Shown here one piece after another: positions 10,083 to 19,401 of a stretch of 64,000 nt of DNA (positions within the stretch are counted from its first letter, which is position 1; every line of letters starts with the position of its first letter). Location of the stretch: the NCBI GenBank assembly GCA_031082125.1, contig JAVHLM010000003.1, positions 288,842 through 352,841 on the forward strand. Direction: 5' to 3'. The notes beneath the pieces are model-generated. The model was not told the DNA's origin and did no database searches. It worked only from the letters and a program-made list of their open reading frames with translations. Position numbers and translations under genes: made by a program. The DNA is from Vulcanimicrobiota bacterium. GTDB taxonomy: Bacteria > Vulcanimicrobiota > CADAWZ01 > Ess09-12.

Positions 10083-10264
10083 GATAAGTCCCCCCTTGCT
10101 CGAGTTCTGCCAATGGTTATGTGAATGGCAAGGTTATTATAGCTCCAAGGTCCACGCAAGAGTATTTCAAAAATGTTAACTCTTCGCCTTTTGAGGCCAT
10201 TCCCTTGCATGGCGTCTGATTTTAAAGTATTATAGAGACAGTATCCTGCAAGGAGGGCAAGAGG

Positions 10265-10702
10265 GTGGATAATATCAAGAACATCATTACACAGGCGGGC
10301 GCTCAAAGCCTCAGGGGGGGCATGAAAGTGGCCAACGACGCGGCCCCTGTTGACACTTTTTCCCCATCGGGGAGCTCCGACAAGAGCTTTCTGGAGAAAA
10401 TGAAGGACAAGCTCAAGGGCATCTTCTCCCATGACGACGATTCCCAGGCACAGCCCCAGAAAGAGCCCGGCGGCTGGTACTGCGCGCCCGGCGGGCAACC
10501 CGAGTGGCACCCCCAGTCCAATCCTCCGCCGCCCCAGAACGCCTATGGGCACTGGGCCATCGATACTGCCTGCGGAGCGGCTGACTGGTACTGGCAAAAA
10601 AACTTCGAGCCCGCCGAGGGGCCCACTTACGGCCCGGCATACAGGCTCCCGGGGAGCGATGCCGCCCCTGCGCCGCCGCCGGCACAAGAGCAGAAGCCCT
10701 GA
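10265..10702 (+). CDS. hypothetical Pro/Trp/Cys-containing small protein
   Basis: GTG start 8 nt after AGGAGG. Low-complexity protein (GGWYCAPGGQPEWHPQSNPPPPQNAYGHWAIDTACGAADWYWQ). No homology recognised. Its stop lies 4 nt from the convergent radical SAM gene. Confidence 0.3.
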   Translation: MDNIKNIITQAGAQSLRGGMKVANDAAPVDTFSPSGSSDKSFLEKMKDKLKGIFSHDDDSQAQPQKEPGGWYCAPGGQPEWHPQSNPPPPQNAYGHWAIDTACGAADWYWQKNFEPAEGPTYGPAYRLPGSDAAPAPPPAQEQKP

Positions 10703-10706
10703 GGCT

Positions 10707-12122
10707 TCACCTGTAAGCGCCTTGTTCAAGGAACCAGCCAAGCGGCTGGTTTTCTTCGTTCCTGAGCCTGAGATAGAAACCTATGACTTCCTGGACAAGG
10801 GCCCTGATTCTTATGCATTCGACTTCCACGCACGGGAAGGCATCACCGGCTATCACCAGGGAGCGGTGAAAACATGGCCCCCCGCAGAAAAGACGCGCCC
10901 AGCACGCCGAGCACCCGGGACGCTCCCCCACGGGAACCCTGTAAGGCGCGAGCAGCGATGAGGGGAGAGCGCTCCTCACGTTCCCCAGGGCGAAACGCCC
11001 GTCACCAAAAAAATGATGGCAGGCATATATGGTGCCGTCAGGCGATACGGCCAGGCTGTCTCCTCCCGCCCGGCACCGCAGGAATGCCGGTCTTCTGTGA
11101 TGAAGATTCCTGACGAGGTCATAGACGGGGATGACATGGAGATAGATTCCCTGCTGCACTTTTTCGAGGAGCCACTCGAGAAGGCGCCGGTATTTTTCAG
11201 CAAACTGATGTTCAGGCGCCTCGCCGCCACCGCACGGTTCCCTGCCCCCGCCCATAATCCCCTCTCTTGAATAGAGCTCCACAAGGTCAATCACTGTGAA
11301 GCCCATGGCAGAGAGAGTGATGACGCGCTCCAGAGGATCGCTTTCACGGGTATTTATGGTGGTTGCCGCATAGCGCGCCTTCGGAGATATCGTGGAAAAA
11401 AAACCGGGCAGAAATCCCTTGATGGCCTGGAAGCTCCCCCGGCCGCCGGGAAAAACCCTGGAGCAATCGTGCTCCTCGGCAGTCCCATCGACGGTGAGCT
11501 TCAGGTGAATCTGCCTCCTGCGGCAGAACTCCGCCATCTTACCGGTGAGGAGCGTAGCGTTTGTTGTGGCAGAGATAAAGAGCTCCTTCCCTTTTTTTCT
11601 GAGCTTCTCACCCCACTTTGCCGCCTCGTCAAGGATTTCAGGGTGCAGGAGAGGCTCGCCGCCGATGAAGCAGAGCTCAACGTGAGGGAGAGCGGCACTG
11701 GCCTCCTCCAGAGATTCCACGCACCGATGAAAGGTCTTCACCGACATATCATTCTGCGCAAGGCCGGGAGAGTTTGCACTGAACCTGTTATAGCAATAGC
11801 GGCATACCAGGTTACACCTCATGGTGTTGGCAATGATGAGCCTTGCGAGGGGCACATGGCTCGGTATGCCCGGAAAATGAAGCTCCGTCAGCAGCCCCCT
11901 TTTCTCCAGAATAGCCAGGTTCGCAATGGTATCTTCACCGTATCCCTCAGGATAGGCGGAAAAGTCCACGGCCTGGACGTCGCCGCCGCATTGCTGAAGC
12001 TCCCTGAGAAACCTTCCGAAGTGCTCATCATGCTCGATGAGCGCCATGGAATGGGGAAAATAATAAAAGAACCCGCCCCGGGGCGACGGTCCTTCCTTCC
12101 AGGAGAGATTCCCTGTATCCAT
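10707..12122 (-). CDS. radical SAM/SPASM-domain protein (anSME-like peptide/protein-modifying family) with ~90-aa N-terminal extension
   Basis: CNLVCRYCYN is the CxxxCxxC motif. C-terminal Cys-rich SPASM region CSACWARLFCGGPCFH...CVEVEC. The first ~90 aa lie ahead of the radical SAM core. Confidence 0.85.
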   Translation of the reverse strand: MDTGNLSWKEGPSPRGGFFYYFPHSMALIEHDEHFGRFLRELQQCGGDVQAVDFSAYPEGYGEDTIANLAILEKRGLLTELHFPGIPSHVPLARLIIANTMRCNLVCRYCYNRFSANSPGLAQNDMSVKTFHRCVESLEEASAALPHVELCFIGGEPLLHPEILDEAAKWGEKLRKKGKELFISATTNATLLTGKMAEFCRRRQIHLKLTVDGTAEEHDCSRVFPGGRGSFQAIKGFLPGFFSTISPKARYAATTINTRESDPLERVITLSAMGFTVIDLVELYSREGIMGGGREPCGGGEAPEHQFAEKYRRLLEWLLEKVQQGIYLHVIPVYDLVRNLHHRRPAFLRCRAGGDSLAVSPDGTIYACHHFFGDGRFALGNVRSALPSSLLAPYRVPVGERPGCSACWARLFCGGPCFHRSLVIAGDAFPCVEVECIRIRALVQEVIGFYLRLRNEENQPLGWFLEQGAYR

Positions 12123-12220
12123 GCCTTCTCACTTTGCAGAGGGATGGCGCCGATAAGGCCATGCTTTTCATCATTCTGAGTGTGCTTTTAGAGCAGGCGC
12201 TCCCATTGCACGCCCTCCTT

Positions 12221-13051
12221 CTATATCCTCTCGAGCCAGATGAGGCTCTCCCTGCTCGGCTTTTTCTCCCTGGCCCTGTAGACATCGTCCTGCAATGCCT
12301 CGGCAAGGGTGATGAAACGCCACCCCTCTCCCTTGTACCAGGCGAGAATATCGCGGAGAAAGGCGCCGTTGATGACATTCATATGGATGAGGAGTATATG
12401 GGGTACCTCCCGCCCTGCCTTCTTTTTTGCCAGTGCCTCGGCATAGCGCGTCTTTTCCCTGACGAAGGCCAGGTAACGCGCCCCGACCTCTGATGCGCCC
12501 TTCTCGTCACCGGCCTTGAGCTTTTCATGATACTCGGCATCGAATTCCCAGTCCCTGGGAAAAATGGTGGCCGGTGCAATGACAAGGCCCCGGTCCCTGA
12601 GAAATTCATAGACCTGATCCCTTTTTTCAGCAGTGTCCCCGCGGTGGAGGTAAGGATAGCGGAAGAAATGTGCTCCCGATTCCCACGGGGCAATGAGAGC
12701 TTCACAGAGCTGGATATCTTTTCCGTACTCTCCGGCGCTCACCTCGTTGAGATCAAGGTGGTTGAAGGTATGGTTGCCGATGGTGTTCCCTCGCTCGATA
12801 AACTCCCCGAGCAGCGAGCGCTGGTAGTCTTTCCTTACCCTTCTCCCGGTGACGAAGCCTGTGACTTTGGCCTGAAAAGCATCAAGAGCATCCATGATCT
12901 TCCGGGAATAAGCCTCATCTTTGGCCTGATCATACCTTCCCTCATAGACCAGGGGAAGATCGTCGATGGTCACCGCAAGATCCTTTGCCCAGAGGCCCCC
13001 TGATGACAACAGAAAGAGCAAAAGCGCCATGATGACAAGAAAATACCGCAT
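12221..13051 (-). CDS. polysaccharide deacetylase (NodB-homology domain), secreted
   Basis: Signal peptide MRYFLVIMALLLFLLSSGGLWA. TIDDLP and GNHTFNH motifs of the carbohydrate esterase 4 family. Confidence 0.8.
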   Translation of the reverse strand: MRYFLVIMALLLFLLSSGGLWAKDLAVTIDDLPLVYEGRYDQAKDEAYSRKIMDALDAFQAKVTGFVTGRRVRKDYQRSLLGEFIERGNTIGNHTFNHLDLNEVSAGEYGKDIQLCEALIAPWESGAHFFRYPYLHRGDTAEKRDQVYEFLRDRGLVIAPATIFPRDWEFDAEYHEKLKAGDEKGASEVGARYLAFVREKTRYAEALAKKKAGREVPHILLIHMNVINGAFLRDILAWYKGEGWRFITLAEALQDDVYRAREKKPSRESLIWLERI

Positions 13052-13123
13052 TCCCTCACCTGCCTGCCTGTAACACTTGAGGAGTACTTTGCCAGTCCGG
13101 CGGGAACTCCTCTCTCCGCCAGA

Positions 13124-14314
13124 CTATATCAGCATATCGAACCGGTTGCTCCAGAAGACCATCAGGAAGCCCTGCAGCAAGGCAAGGCTCACCGTGAAAA
13201 GCGTATCTGTCTCGGGATCCCTGGAGAGCTTCGCAAAAAGCAGCGCAAGAGGAAATATCACCAGCATGTAGCGGAGCATGCTCAGAACCAGCACAAAACC
13301 GCCCGAGAGGGGTGCAAAAACGGCGATCATGGTGAGGAGCCAGTATGAAAAACCAATTTTTCTCCAGAAGATCGACACGAGCCCCACGACAGCCAGTACC
13401 ATCATCACATTGAGCTCATATCTGGAATCACCACAAAAGCAGGCCTTGATGATGAGGAGGGGATTCATGAAACGGTTGCCCCATCCTGCCTCCTTGATAT
13501 GAAAGTAAGCGAGGGCATCACCGGTGAGCCAGTAACAGTATGCCATGAACACGAAAAGGCCGAGGGGGAACAGGAGCAGAAAGAGCACATCCGCTCTCAC
13601 CTTCCTGAGGCTGAAGCCTTTACGCTGCAGGTACTCGTAAAGCAGGGGGGCTGCAAAGAAGATCCCGACAGGGCGCGTAAGGGAGAGAAAAAAGCCGGAA
13701 ATCCCGGCATAAAGCCATTTTTCTTTTCTGGAGAAGTAAAAGCACAGGACAAGGAGTAGAAGGAAGAGAGATTCGCTGAAGACTGCCGAGAAAATGAAGG
13801 CGGCGGGAAAGAGAAAGAGATATTTCACCGTACGCTTCGCAGTGTCCTCGTCAGCGTCAAGGCGCACCAACCGGTAGAGCACAAGGCAGGCGAGGATGAA
13901 GCAGAGATTGGAGACCACGAGCCCTGCGATAAAATAATCCTTGATAAAAAAGGCGGCGCACTTAATCAATAAAGGGTAAAGGGGGAAGAATCCGTAAGTG
14001 GCCTGGTTGAATGACTCAAGCGCCTGGCTCACTTCCGGTGAATAGCCGTACCGTGCTATCTTCACGTACCATGCGGTATCCCATGCTCCCCATGTATTGA
14101 GCCACGGATTGTCTATGTAAATCCATCCCCTGGTGAACAAAGGCCCTATGCAGTCCACTGACGCGCGCCCCACGATGGTGAGGATGACTCTGGTGAAAAG
14201 GAAAAGCAGCATGATAAAAGAAAGCTCCGGTGTCCAGAAGGAGACAAGGGCTTGCTTTGCGCTGCGGAAAAAGGCCTGAAGTGCTTTCATCACGCTCTCT
14301 GCTTCCCGGGCCAT
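13124..14314 (-). CDS. polytopic membrane protein, probable GT-C-type glycosyltransferase (DUF2029/mannosyltransferase-like)
   Basis: At least 9 hydrophobic helices. A conserved loop WGAWDTAWYVKIARYGY...GFFPLYPLLIK is typical of GT-C/PMT-like lipid-linked sugar transferases. The assignment is tentative. Confidence 0.5.
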   Translation of the reverse strand: MAREAESVMKALQAFFRSAKQALVSFWTPELSFIMLLFLFTRVILTIVGRASVDCIGPLFTRGWIYIDNPWLNTWGAWDTAWYVKIARYGYSPEVSQALESFNQATYGFFPLYPLLIKCAAFFIKDYFIAGLVVSNLCFILACLVLYRLVRLDADEDTAKRTVKYLFLFPAAFIFSAVFSESLFLLLLVLCFYFSRKEKWLYAGISGFFLSLTRPVGIFFAAPLLYEYLQRKGFSLRKVRADVLFLLLFPLGLFVFMAYCYWLTGDALAYFHIKEAGWGNRFMNPLLIIKACFCGDSRYELNVMMVLAVVGLVSIFWRKIGFSYWLLTMIAVFAPLSGGFVLVLSMLRYMLVIFPLALLFAKLSRDPETDTLFTVSLALLQGFLMVFWSNRFDMLI

Positions 14315-14415
14315 CCTTTTCGGTGAAAAGGGGAACCTTATTAAGTATATGGCAAGACCGCCCCCTTTCCCTTCTGAAAAGCACCGCGGGAGGTTCTTTA
14401 CTCCGCAGCGGAGAA

Positions 14416-15231
14416 ATGAAGGGGCAGATCCTTATGATAAAAGTAATCGGCATCCCTTACGACGGGAACTCATCGTTCATGAAGGGGGCGGCGCAGGCAC
14501 CGCGGCTCATTCGGTCAATGGAAGCCTGCGGGTCGGCAAACACCTTCGCGGAGAGCGGCCAGGACATTGCCTCAGGAAAAGAGTTTGAGGACCTGGGAGA
14601 CATCCCGCTGCCCGGGGAAAGCGCCGCGGAAATCTTTCAGGCAATCAGGCAGACCATGGCGGGCCACTTTGCACAGGGGCATAAAATAGTATGCCTGGGC
14701 GGAGATCACTCCATCACCTATCCCGTTATCGACGCCCTTACGGAACACTGTAAAGGCCTGAACATACTCCACCTTGACGCCCACCCTGATCTCTACGACC
14801 ATTACGAAGACAATCCTTACTCCCATGCCTCGCCTTTCGCAAGGATAATGGAAAAGGGAAGGGTGAAATCCCTTACTTCCGCGGGGATCAGGACTTTTAC
14901 GGCGCACCTGAGGGAGCAGGCGGCAAAATTCGGGGTCCTCTCCATAGAGATGAAAGACTTCCACCCCGGTTTCGTGAAAAGCCTTGAGGGACCTCTCTAC
15001 CTCTCGCTGGACCTGGATGTCCTCGATCCCGCCTTCGCCCCGGGAGTCTCCCACCACGAGCCCGGTGGCCTCGCCACGAGGGAGCTCATAGGCATAATCC
15101 AGGCTCTGGAGGTTCCCCTTGTCGGCGCTGACATCGTGGAATTGAACCCTTCCCGCGATGTGAACCACGTGACGGCAATGACAGCCTACAAGCTGTTCAA
15201 GGAAATCGCGGCAAAAATGCTCCCCTGCTGA
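14416..15231 (+). CDS. speB: agmatinase/arginase-family ureohydrolase
   Basis: GGDHSITYPV, LHLDAHPDLYD and SLDLDVLDPAFAPGVSHHEPGGL are the Mn-binding motifs of the arginase family, and the size fits agmatinase. The listed ORF start at 14230 overlaps the upstream gene. ATG at 14416 follows GGAG. Confidence 0.8.
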   Translation: MKGQILMIKVIGIPYDGNSSFMKGAAQAPRLIRSMEACGSANTFAESGQDIASGKEFEDLGDIPLPGESAAEIFQAIRQTMAGHFAQGHKIVCLGGDHSITYPVIDALTEHCKGLNILHLDAHPDLYDHYEDNPYSHASPFARIMEKGRVKSLTSAGIRTFTAHLREQAAKFGVLSIEMKDFHPGFVKSLEGPLYLSLDLDVLDPAFAPGVSHHEPGGLATRELIGIIQALEVPLVGADIVELNPSRDVNHVTAMTAYKLFKEIAAKMLPC

Positions 15232-15465
15232 CCCGTGAAGACCCCTGCGTCACCACGATGAAAGGCGCCTATCTCTTCTGCGACAGAAACCAGAAGAAGC
15301 GCTGGAAGACATCGTGCTTGAAGCGGAAGAGGGGAAAGAGGGACCGGCAGCGAAGGTGGAAGTCTCAGACGACTGGGTGATCATCGACAGCATGAAACTG
15401 CAAAGAAAAGAAGAGAAGCCTGCCGGCACTTAAAGAGGCTCCTCCCGGAACCATAAGGAATTCCA

Positions 15466-16752
15466 GTGATGATGAACACGCCTCGCACCTTTTTTCCCTT
15501 GCTCCTGCTGGCGGCAGTGACACTCCTTCTTCTGCCCTGCCCTGCCCGGGCAGAGGTGAACTCATCGCAGCCCTTCAAGGATGAGCTGATGGCTCATGGG
15601 CTTTATGACAGGATGGTAAGGGCATTCAGAACTGCCGGTTCTCTCTCTTACACCGTCGCTTTTCGCTGGGAAAGTGATGGCAGGGAGCTTTCCCGCGCCC
15701 GCTACAAGCTATGGATGAAAAAGCCCAATTTTGCCCGCATCGAGGGATATGATGCGGACGGCGCCCTGAAGAGCACCCTCGTGGGCGACGGAAAGTTCTT
15801 CTGGATTTTCTGGCCCGGGAAAAGACCCTGCTGGAGCTATGAAGATGAAGAGGCTTACCGTGCGACTTCCGAAAAAAGATACATGAAGACGCCTGCCCCC
15901 CAGGGGTGCCATTCACTTGGCCACTCCGTGGGGAAAATGGACTTCGGAATCCCCATCACCATATTGGATCCCAGCATCTTCCACGGGAGCAACGATTCCC
16001 TCCAGGCTCACATTGACGCCATGAGGCTCTGCGGCGAAGAGAAGGTACAGGGTGAAAAGTGCGCCCTCATCGAGGTGAGCTATCTTAAGGGCCAGAGGAG
16101 GCAGTTCTACTGGATTGCAAAAAGCACGTCGCTGCCGCTGAAAATCAAGCAGGTCATCTCTGTGAATAAAATCGTCACGATGAGCGAGGAGCTTTCAGAG
16201 ATGAAGCTGAACGGCGAGATTCCCGGGGTGTCCTTCTCCTGGTCGCCTCCTGCAGGGTGGGAGGAATGGCAGGAGCCCTCTGTGGAAACGGGTCTCCTTA
16301 AAAAAGGAACTGCGGCGCCTGATTTCTCCTTCCCCCTCCTCACGGGCGGCACCTTCACCCTTTCCGAGCAGAAAGGGAAAACGGTATGGCTCATCTTCTG
16401 GCGCTATGGCTGACCGGAGTGCGCAGAAAAATTACCCCGCTTGGAAGCGGTGTACCAGAAATTCAAAGAAAAAGGCCTCCTCATAATAGGCTTCAATGTC
16501 ACAGACGACAGGGAGATAGTCCTTAAAGCCCTGGCGGCGGCCAAGGTCACCTTCCCGAACATCCTTGACTTATCTGAAGCCGCCCACAAGGTGAATTTCG
16601 AGATCTACCAGAAACATGGCCGCGCCGCCGTCCCGCTGAGTTACCTCATTGACAGCCAGGGCATTATCATCGACGCGTGGTATGGCTTCAGTGAAGGCTT
16701 CCCCGAGGTGATGAAGGCAATGGATACTGAGCCTGACAAACCGATAAGATGA
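15466..16752 (+). CDS. candidate selenoprotein: secreted LolA-like domain fused to TlpA/ResA-like thioredoxin domain, with in-frame UGA (Sec) at 16411-16413 giving a UxxC redox motif
   Basis: ORF 15466-16413 and ORF 16441-16752 are in the same frame (offset 975 = 3x325) and are separated only by the TGA. Read-through gives KGTAAPDFSFPLLTGGTFTLSEQKGKTVWLIFWRYG-U-PECAEKLPRLEAVYQKFKEKGLLIIGFNV. This aligns to the TlpA/ResA consensus ...V.LNFWASWCGPCRAEMP.LE.LY.KYKDKG..V.GVNV with the TGA at the first Cys of CxxC. A signal peptide MMMNTPRTFFPLLLLAAVTLLLLPCPARA is present. Confidence 0.6.
16433..16454 (+). promoter_or_regulatory. candidate bacterial SECIS-like hairpin downstream of the in-frame UGA
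   Basis: UACCCCGCUUGGAAGCGGUGUA forms a roughly 9-bp stem (UAC.CCGCUU / AAGCGG.GUA) with a bulged U and a G-rich apical loop. It starts about 20 nt after the UGA, within the range seen for bacterial SECIS elements. Confidence 0.35.
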
Positions 16753-16772
16753 CAGAAAAGAAGGGATAGGCC

Positions 16773-17327
16773 ATGCTCGAAGATACTGATGGAACAAGCT
16801 TCCCTCCCCATTCCCGCCTGGTGGTCGTGGAGTTCACCGGGAGCGGCTCCCTCCAGGTGGAGCGGGAAAACCATGCATCGGAAGAAGTGCCGGTCTCCGA
16901 TGTCCTCTCTCTTCATGGCGCCAGGATCCGCCGAGAATCAATGCGTTTCAGCCCGCAGAAAAAAGGCGGCACCATGATCGGGAAAATGACGCTGCTTGCC
17001 ATGGGAGTGCCGGTCAATCCCCTCCCCGGCAAGCCCAGGGACACGACGACAAAATCCGAAGATATGCACTATGTGCTGGGGATGAGGGTAAGGAAAAGAG
17101 AGGATCTCTGGTTCCTCATGGCCACCTCCTTTAATTTCCGCAAGGCCCTCGGCGCAGACGCCGCTTTCTCCCTGGAGATGAACGTGCGGGCCTTCATCCA
17201 GAAGCTCGGCGACTTCTGCCCCGGTGCGCGGCGAGATCGCTTCTTTGAGGCGGCCCTCGCAAAAGCGGCGCTCCCGGAGCCCATTGACAGCCTCCTGGAA
17301 TTTATAAAGGCTACCTATGGCTCCTGA
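16773..17327 (+). CDS. hypothetical protein
   Basis: 184-aa ORF in a co-directional gene string. No motif recognised. Confidence 0.3.
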   Translation: MLEDTDGTSFPPHSRLVVVEFTGSGSLQVERENHASEEVPVSDVLSLHGARIRRESMRFSPQKKGGTMIGKMTLLAMGVPVNPLPGKPRDTTTKSEDMHYVLGMRVRKREDLWFLMATSFNFRKALGADAAFSLEMNVRAFIQKLGDFCPGARRDRFFEAALAKAALPEPIDSLLEFIKATYGS

Positions 17328-17367
17328 GCATTGCCATTGACCGGGATCATTAAAAGGAGGCAGGCAT

Positions 17368-19032
17368 ATGAAGGGGGCGATGGACAAGGGGCAGAGCATG
17401 AAACAATTGAAGCAGCCTGTCTCCCCTCGGGGCGGGCTATGGGTGTTCCTTCTTCTGTCAGGTGTTTTTTTCTTCTGCGCTCATGAAACCGGAGCTCTGG
17501 AAGATCTTTCCCGCCGGGAAGTGAGAGAGACCATCATTGGCCGTCTTTACCCCACTGTCTGTGATTACCTGGCGATAAGCCCCAACCTGAGGCATTTTGC
17601 CTATGGCAGGAAACATAATGATACCCTTAAGGAATCACTGGTGTATGACGGGAAAGTGCTGGGGACCTATGACAGCATCACAAGCGAATGGCTCGTGTTC
17701 AGCCCCGACAGCAGAAGGCTTGCCTATGTGGCTGATTCATGCACCGTAGTCGATGGAAAGAAAAGTAAGCCCTATGGCAGGTACGATCCCTCCGCAATGA
17801 GATTCAGCCCCGACAGCAGAAGGTTTGCCTACGCGGTGGTGCATGCATGGAATATCTGGCGTGCCGTCATTGACGGGAAAGAGAGCCGGACCTATACCCG
17901 TGTTTCAGATTTCTGCTTCAGCCCCGACAGCAGGCGCCTCGCTTTTCAGGGTGGCCGCGCGGGGAAAGAATTCATCGTGCTTGATGGCCGGGACCTCAGG
18001 CGGTACCCCGGATCGAAGTGGCCCCGCTTCAGCCCCGACAGCAGGCGGTTCGCCTGCGTGGCGACGGACGGTGGAAAAGAATTCGTGGTCGTTGACGGCA
18101 GGGAGGGAAAACGTTACCATTCCATTGCCTTTGACATGGTCTTCAGCCCCGACAGCAGAACTTTCGCCTATGTGGCTTCCCGGGGGGAGAGTCGATGCGC
18201 AGTGAGAGGGGATAAAGAACTGAAGTGGTACGATTCAGTGGGTGAACTCTGCTTCAGTGCCGATAGCAAGAGATTTGCCTATATCGCATCAAAAGGGAAT
18301 AAGCACCGTGCCGTCATCGATGGGAAAGAAGGCAGGGAATATGACAGGATCCTTACCGGCTACGGTGGCGGAATAAGATTCAGCCCCTGCTCGAAAAGAA
18401 CGGCTTATGTTGTCGAAACAGACAGCCCGCCTTCAAAAAAACAGTTTGCAGTCATTGACGGGAATGAAGCGGGGAGCTATGATTCAGTGTCCATGCCGAT
18501 CTTCAGCGCCGATGGGAAGAGAGCCGCTTACATCGCAAAGGAAAAGGGAAAAATGTTTATCGTTGACAATGGGATAGAGATGAAGCGCTACGATAAGGTC
18601 GAATCGCTGGTCCTGAGCCCTGATGCCTCCACGTTGATATATGTGGCCTCCCTTGGGGGAAAGCAGTTCCTCGTCGTGGAGAAGGAGGAAAGCAGGGCTT
18701 ACGATTCCGTCTCCTGTCCCTCTTTCAGCCCCGGTGGCCTGATGAGAACCTGTATAGCATCGCGGGAGGGAAAGCAGTTTTTCGTCGTGAATGGAGATGA
18801 AGGAAAGCCTTATGGAAGAATCATCAATTTCCAGTTTGACTCCCCGACGAGCCTCCATTACCTGGTCGAGGAGGAAAGCCCCCCTGACGCCGGGTACGAG
18901 AGCACCTATATCATTGTGGAGGAAAAACTCCCTCTCCCGGGAGCCATCCACCCCTATTCTTCGGTGACCCGTGAAAAATCACCCCTGTCCTGCAGGAGGC
19001 TCACAGAATGGAGCTGCCTGTTGCTGCCGTGA
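17368..19032 (+). CDS. PD40 (TolB-like) beta-propeller repeat protein, secreted, ~13 tandem repeats
   Basis: RBS AAGGAGG. Signal-like hydrophobic N-terminus. ~40-aa units FSPDSRR(F/L)AYVA...GGKEFVVVDGKEGK.YD repeated about 13 times. The consensus SPDG/SPDS...AY matches the PD40 repeat. Confidence 0.6.
   Translation: MKGAMDKGQSMKQLKQPVSPRGGLWVFLLLSGVFFFCAHETGALEDLSRREVRETIIGRLYPTVCDYLAISPNLRHFAYGRKHNDTLKESLVYDGKVLGTYDSITSEWLVFSPDSRRLAYVADSCTVVDGKKSKPYGRYDPSAMRFSPDSRRFAYAVVHAWNIWRAVIDGKESRTYTRVSDFCFSPDSRRLAFQGGRAGKEFIVLDGRDLRRYPGSKWPRFSPDSRRFACVATDGGKEFVVVDGREGKRYHSIAFDMVFSPDSRTFAYVASRGESRCAVRGDKELKWYDSVGELCFSADSKRFAYIASKGNKHRAVIDGKEGREYDRILTGYGGGIRFSPCSKRTAYVVETDSPPSKKQFAVIDGNEAGSYDSVSMPIFSADGKRAAYIAKEKGKMFIVDNGIEMKRYDKVESLVLSPDASTLIYVASLGGKQFLVVEKEESRAYDSVSCPSFSPGGLMRTCIASREGKQFFVVNGDEGKPYGRIINFQFDSPTSLHYLVEEESPPDAGYESTYIIVEEKLPLPGAIHPYSSVTREKSPLSCRRLTEWSCLLLP
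17560..18840 (+). repeat. tandem degenerate ~110-120 bp coding repeats (PD40 units) inside CDS 17368-19032
   Basis: The 17-mer TTCAGCCCCGACAGCAG recurs at about 17698, 17804, 17916, 18030 and 18140. Diverged copies continue to about 18730. Confidence 0.6.
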
Positions 19033-19401
19033 TGGCGGGAGGCTTCCAGCTCGGAAGGTACTTTGGAAGAAAGATTTAAAGGTGCTTTCCCCCGCACCGT
19101 GATGCCAGGAAATTGCTTACCGCCTCGCACCTCATATATTTTCATCCCCGATAATACCGCCCTCAGGAGCCATGAAAGCGGGGCCGCCCCGAAAGTGGCG
19201 GCAGTTTTATGAACCGAACCATCTATGGCTGTTTGCTCCTGCAGGTGAAAAGCGCTCATGTCCTGAATATTAATGGGGATGTGCAGAAATAGCGGGAGAG
19301 GCCATTTTTCCCTCCCGGAGGCTTTCTTTTCGAGAGTAACCACCCCTTTTGTGCAGTGCATAAGAACTTCATTTCAGGATAAAGATGAGCGCCTGTGCTC
19401 T

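Noticed and set aside
10055-10741. 228-aa minus-strand ORF rich in Arg/Gly/Pro
   Set aside because: It is antisense to the better-supported plus-strand ORF 10265-10702. Its composition (RRRRRGG, poly-G/P/A) is typical of spurious ORFs on the opposite strand of high-GC genes. It has no RBS.
14230-14415. 5' extension of the agmatinase ORF
   Set aside because: It overlaps the end of the upstream opposite-strand membrane-protein gene and lacks ureohydrolase similarity. The ATG at 14416 follows an RBS.
18954-19361. 135-aa minus ORF downstream of the PD40 gene
   Set aside because: No RBS and no recognisable motif. It partly overlaps the 3' end of the PD40 gene. It is probably non-coding.
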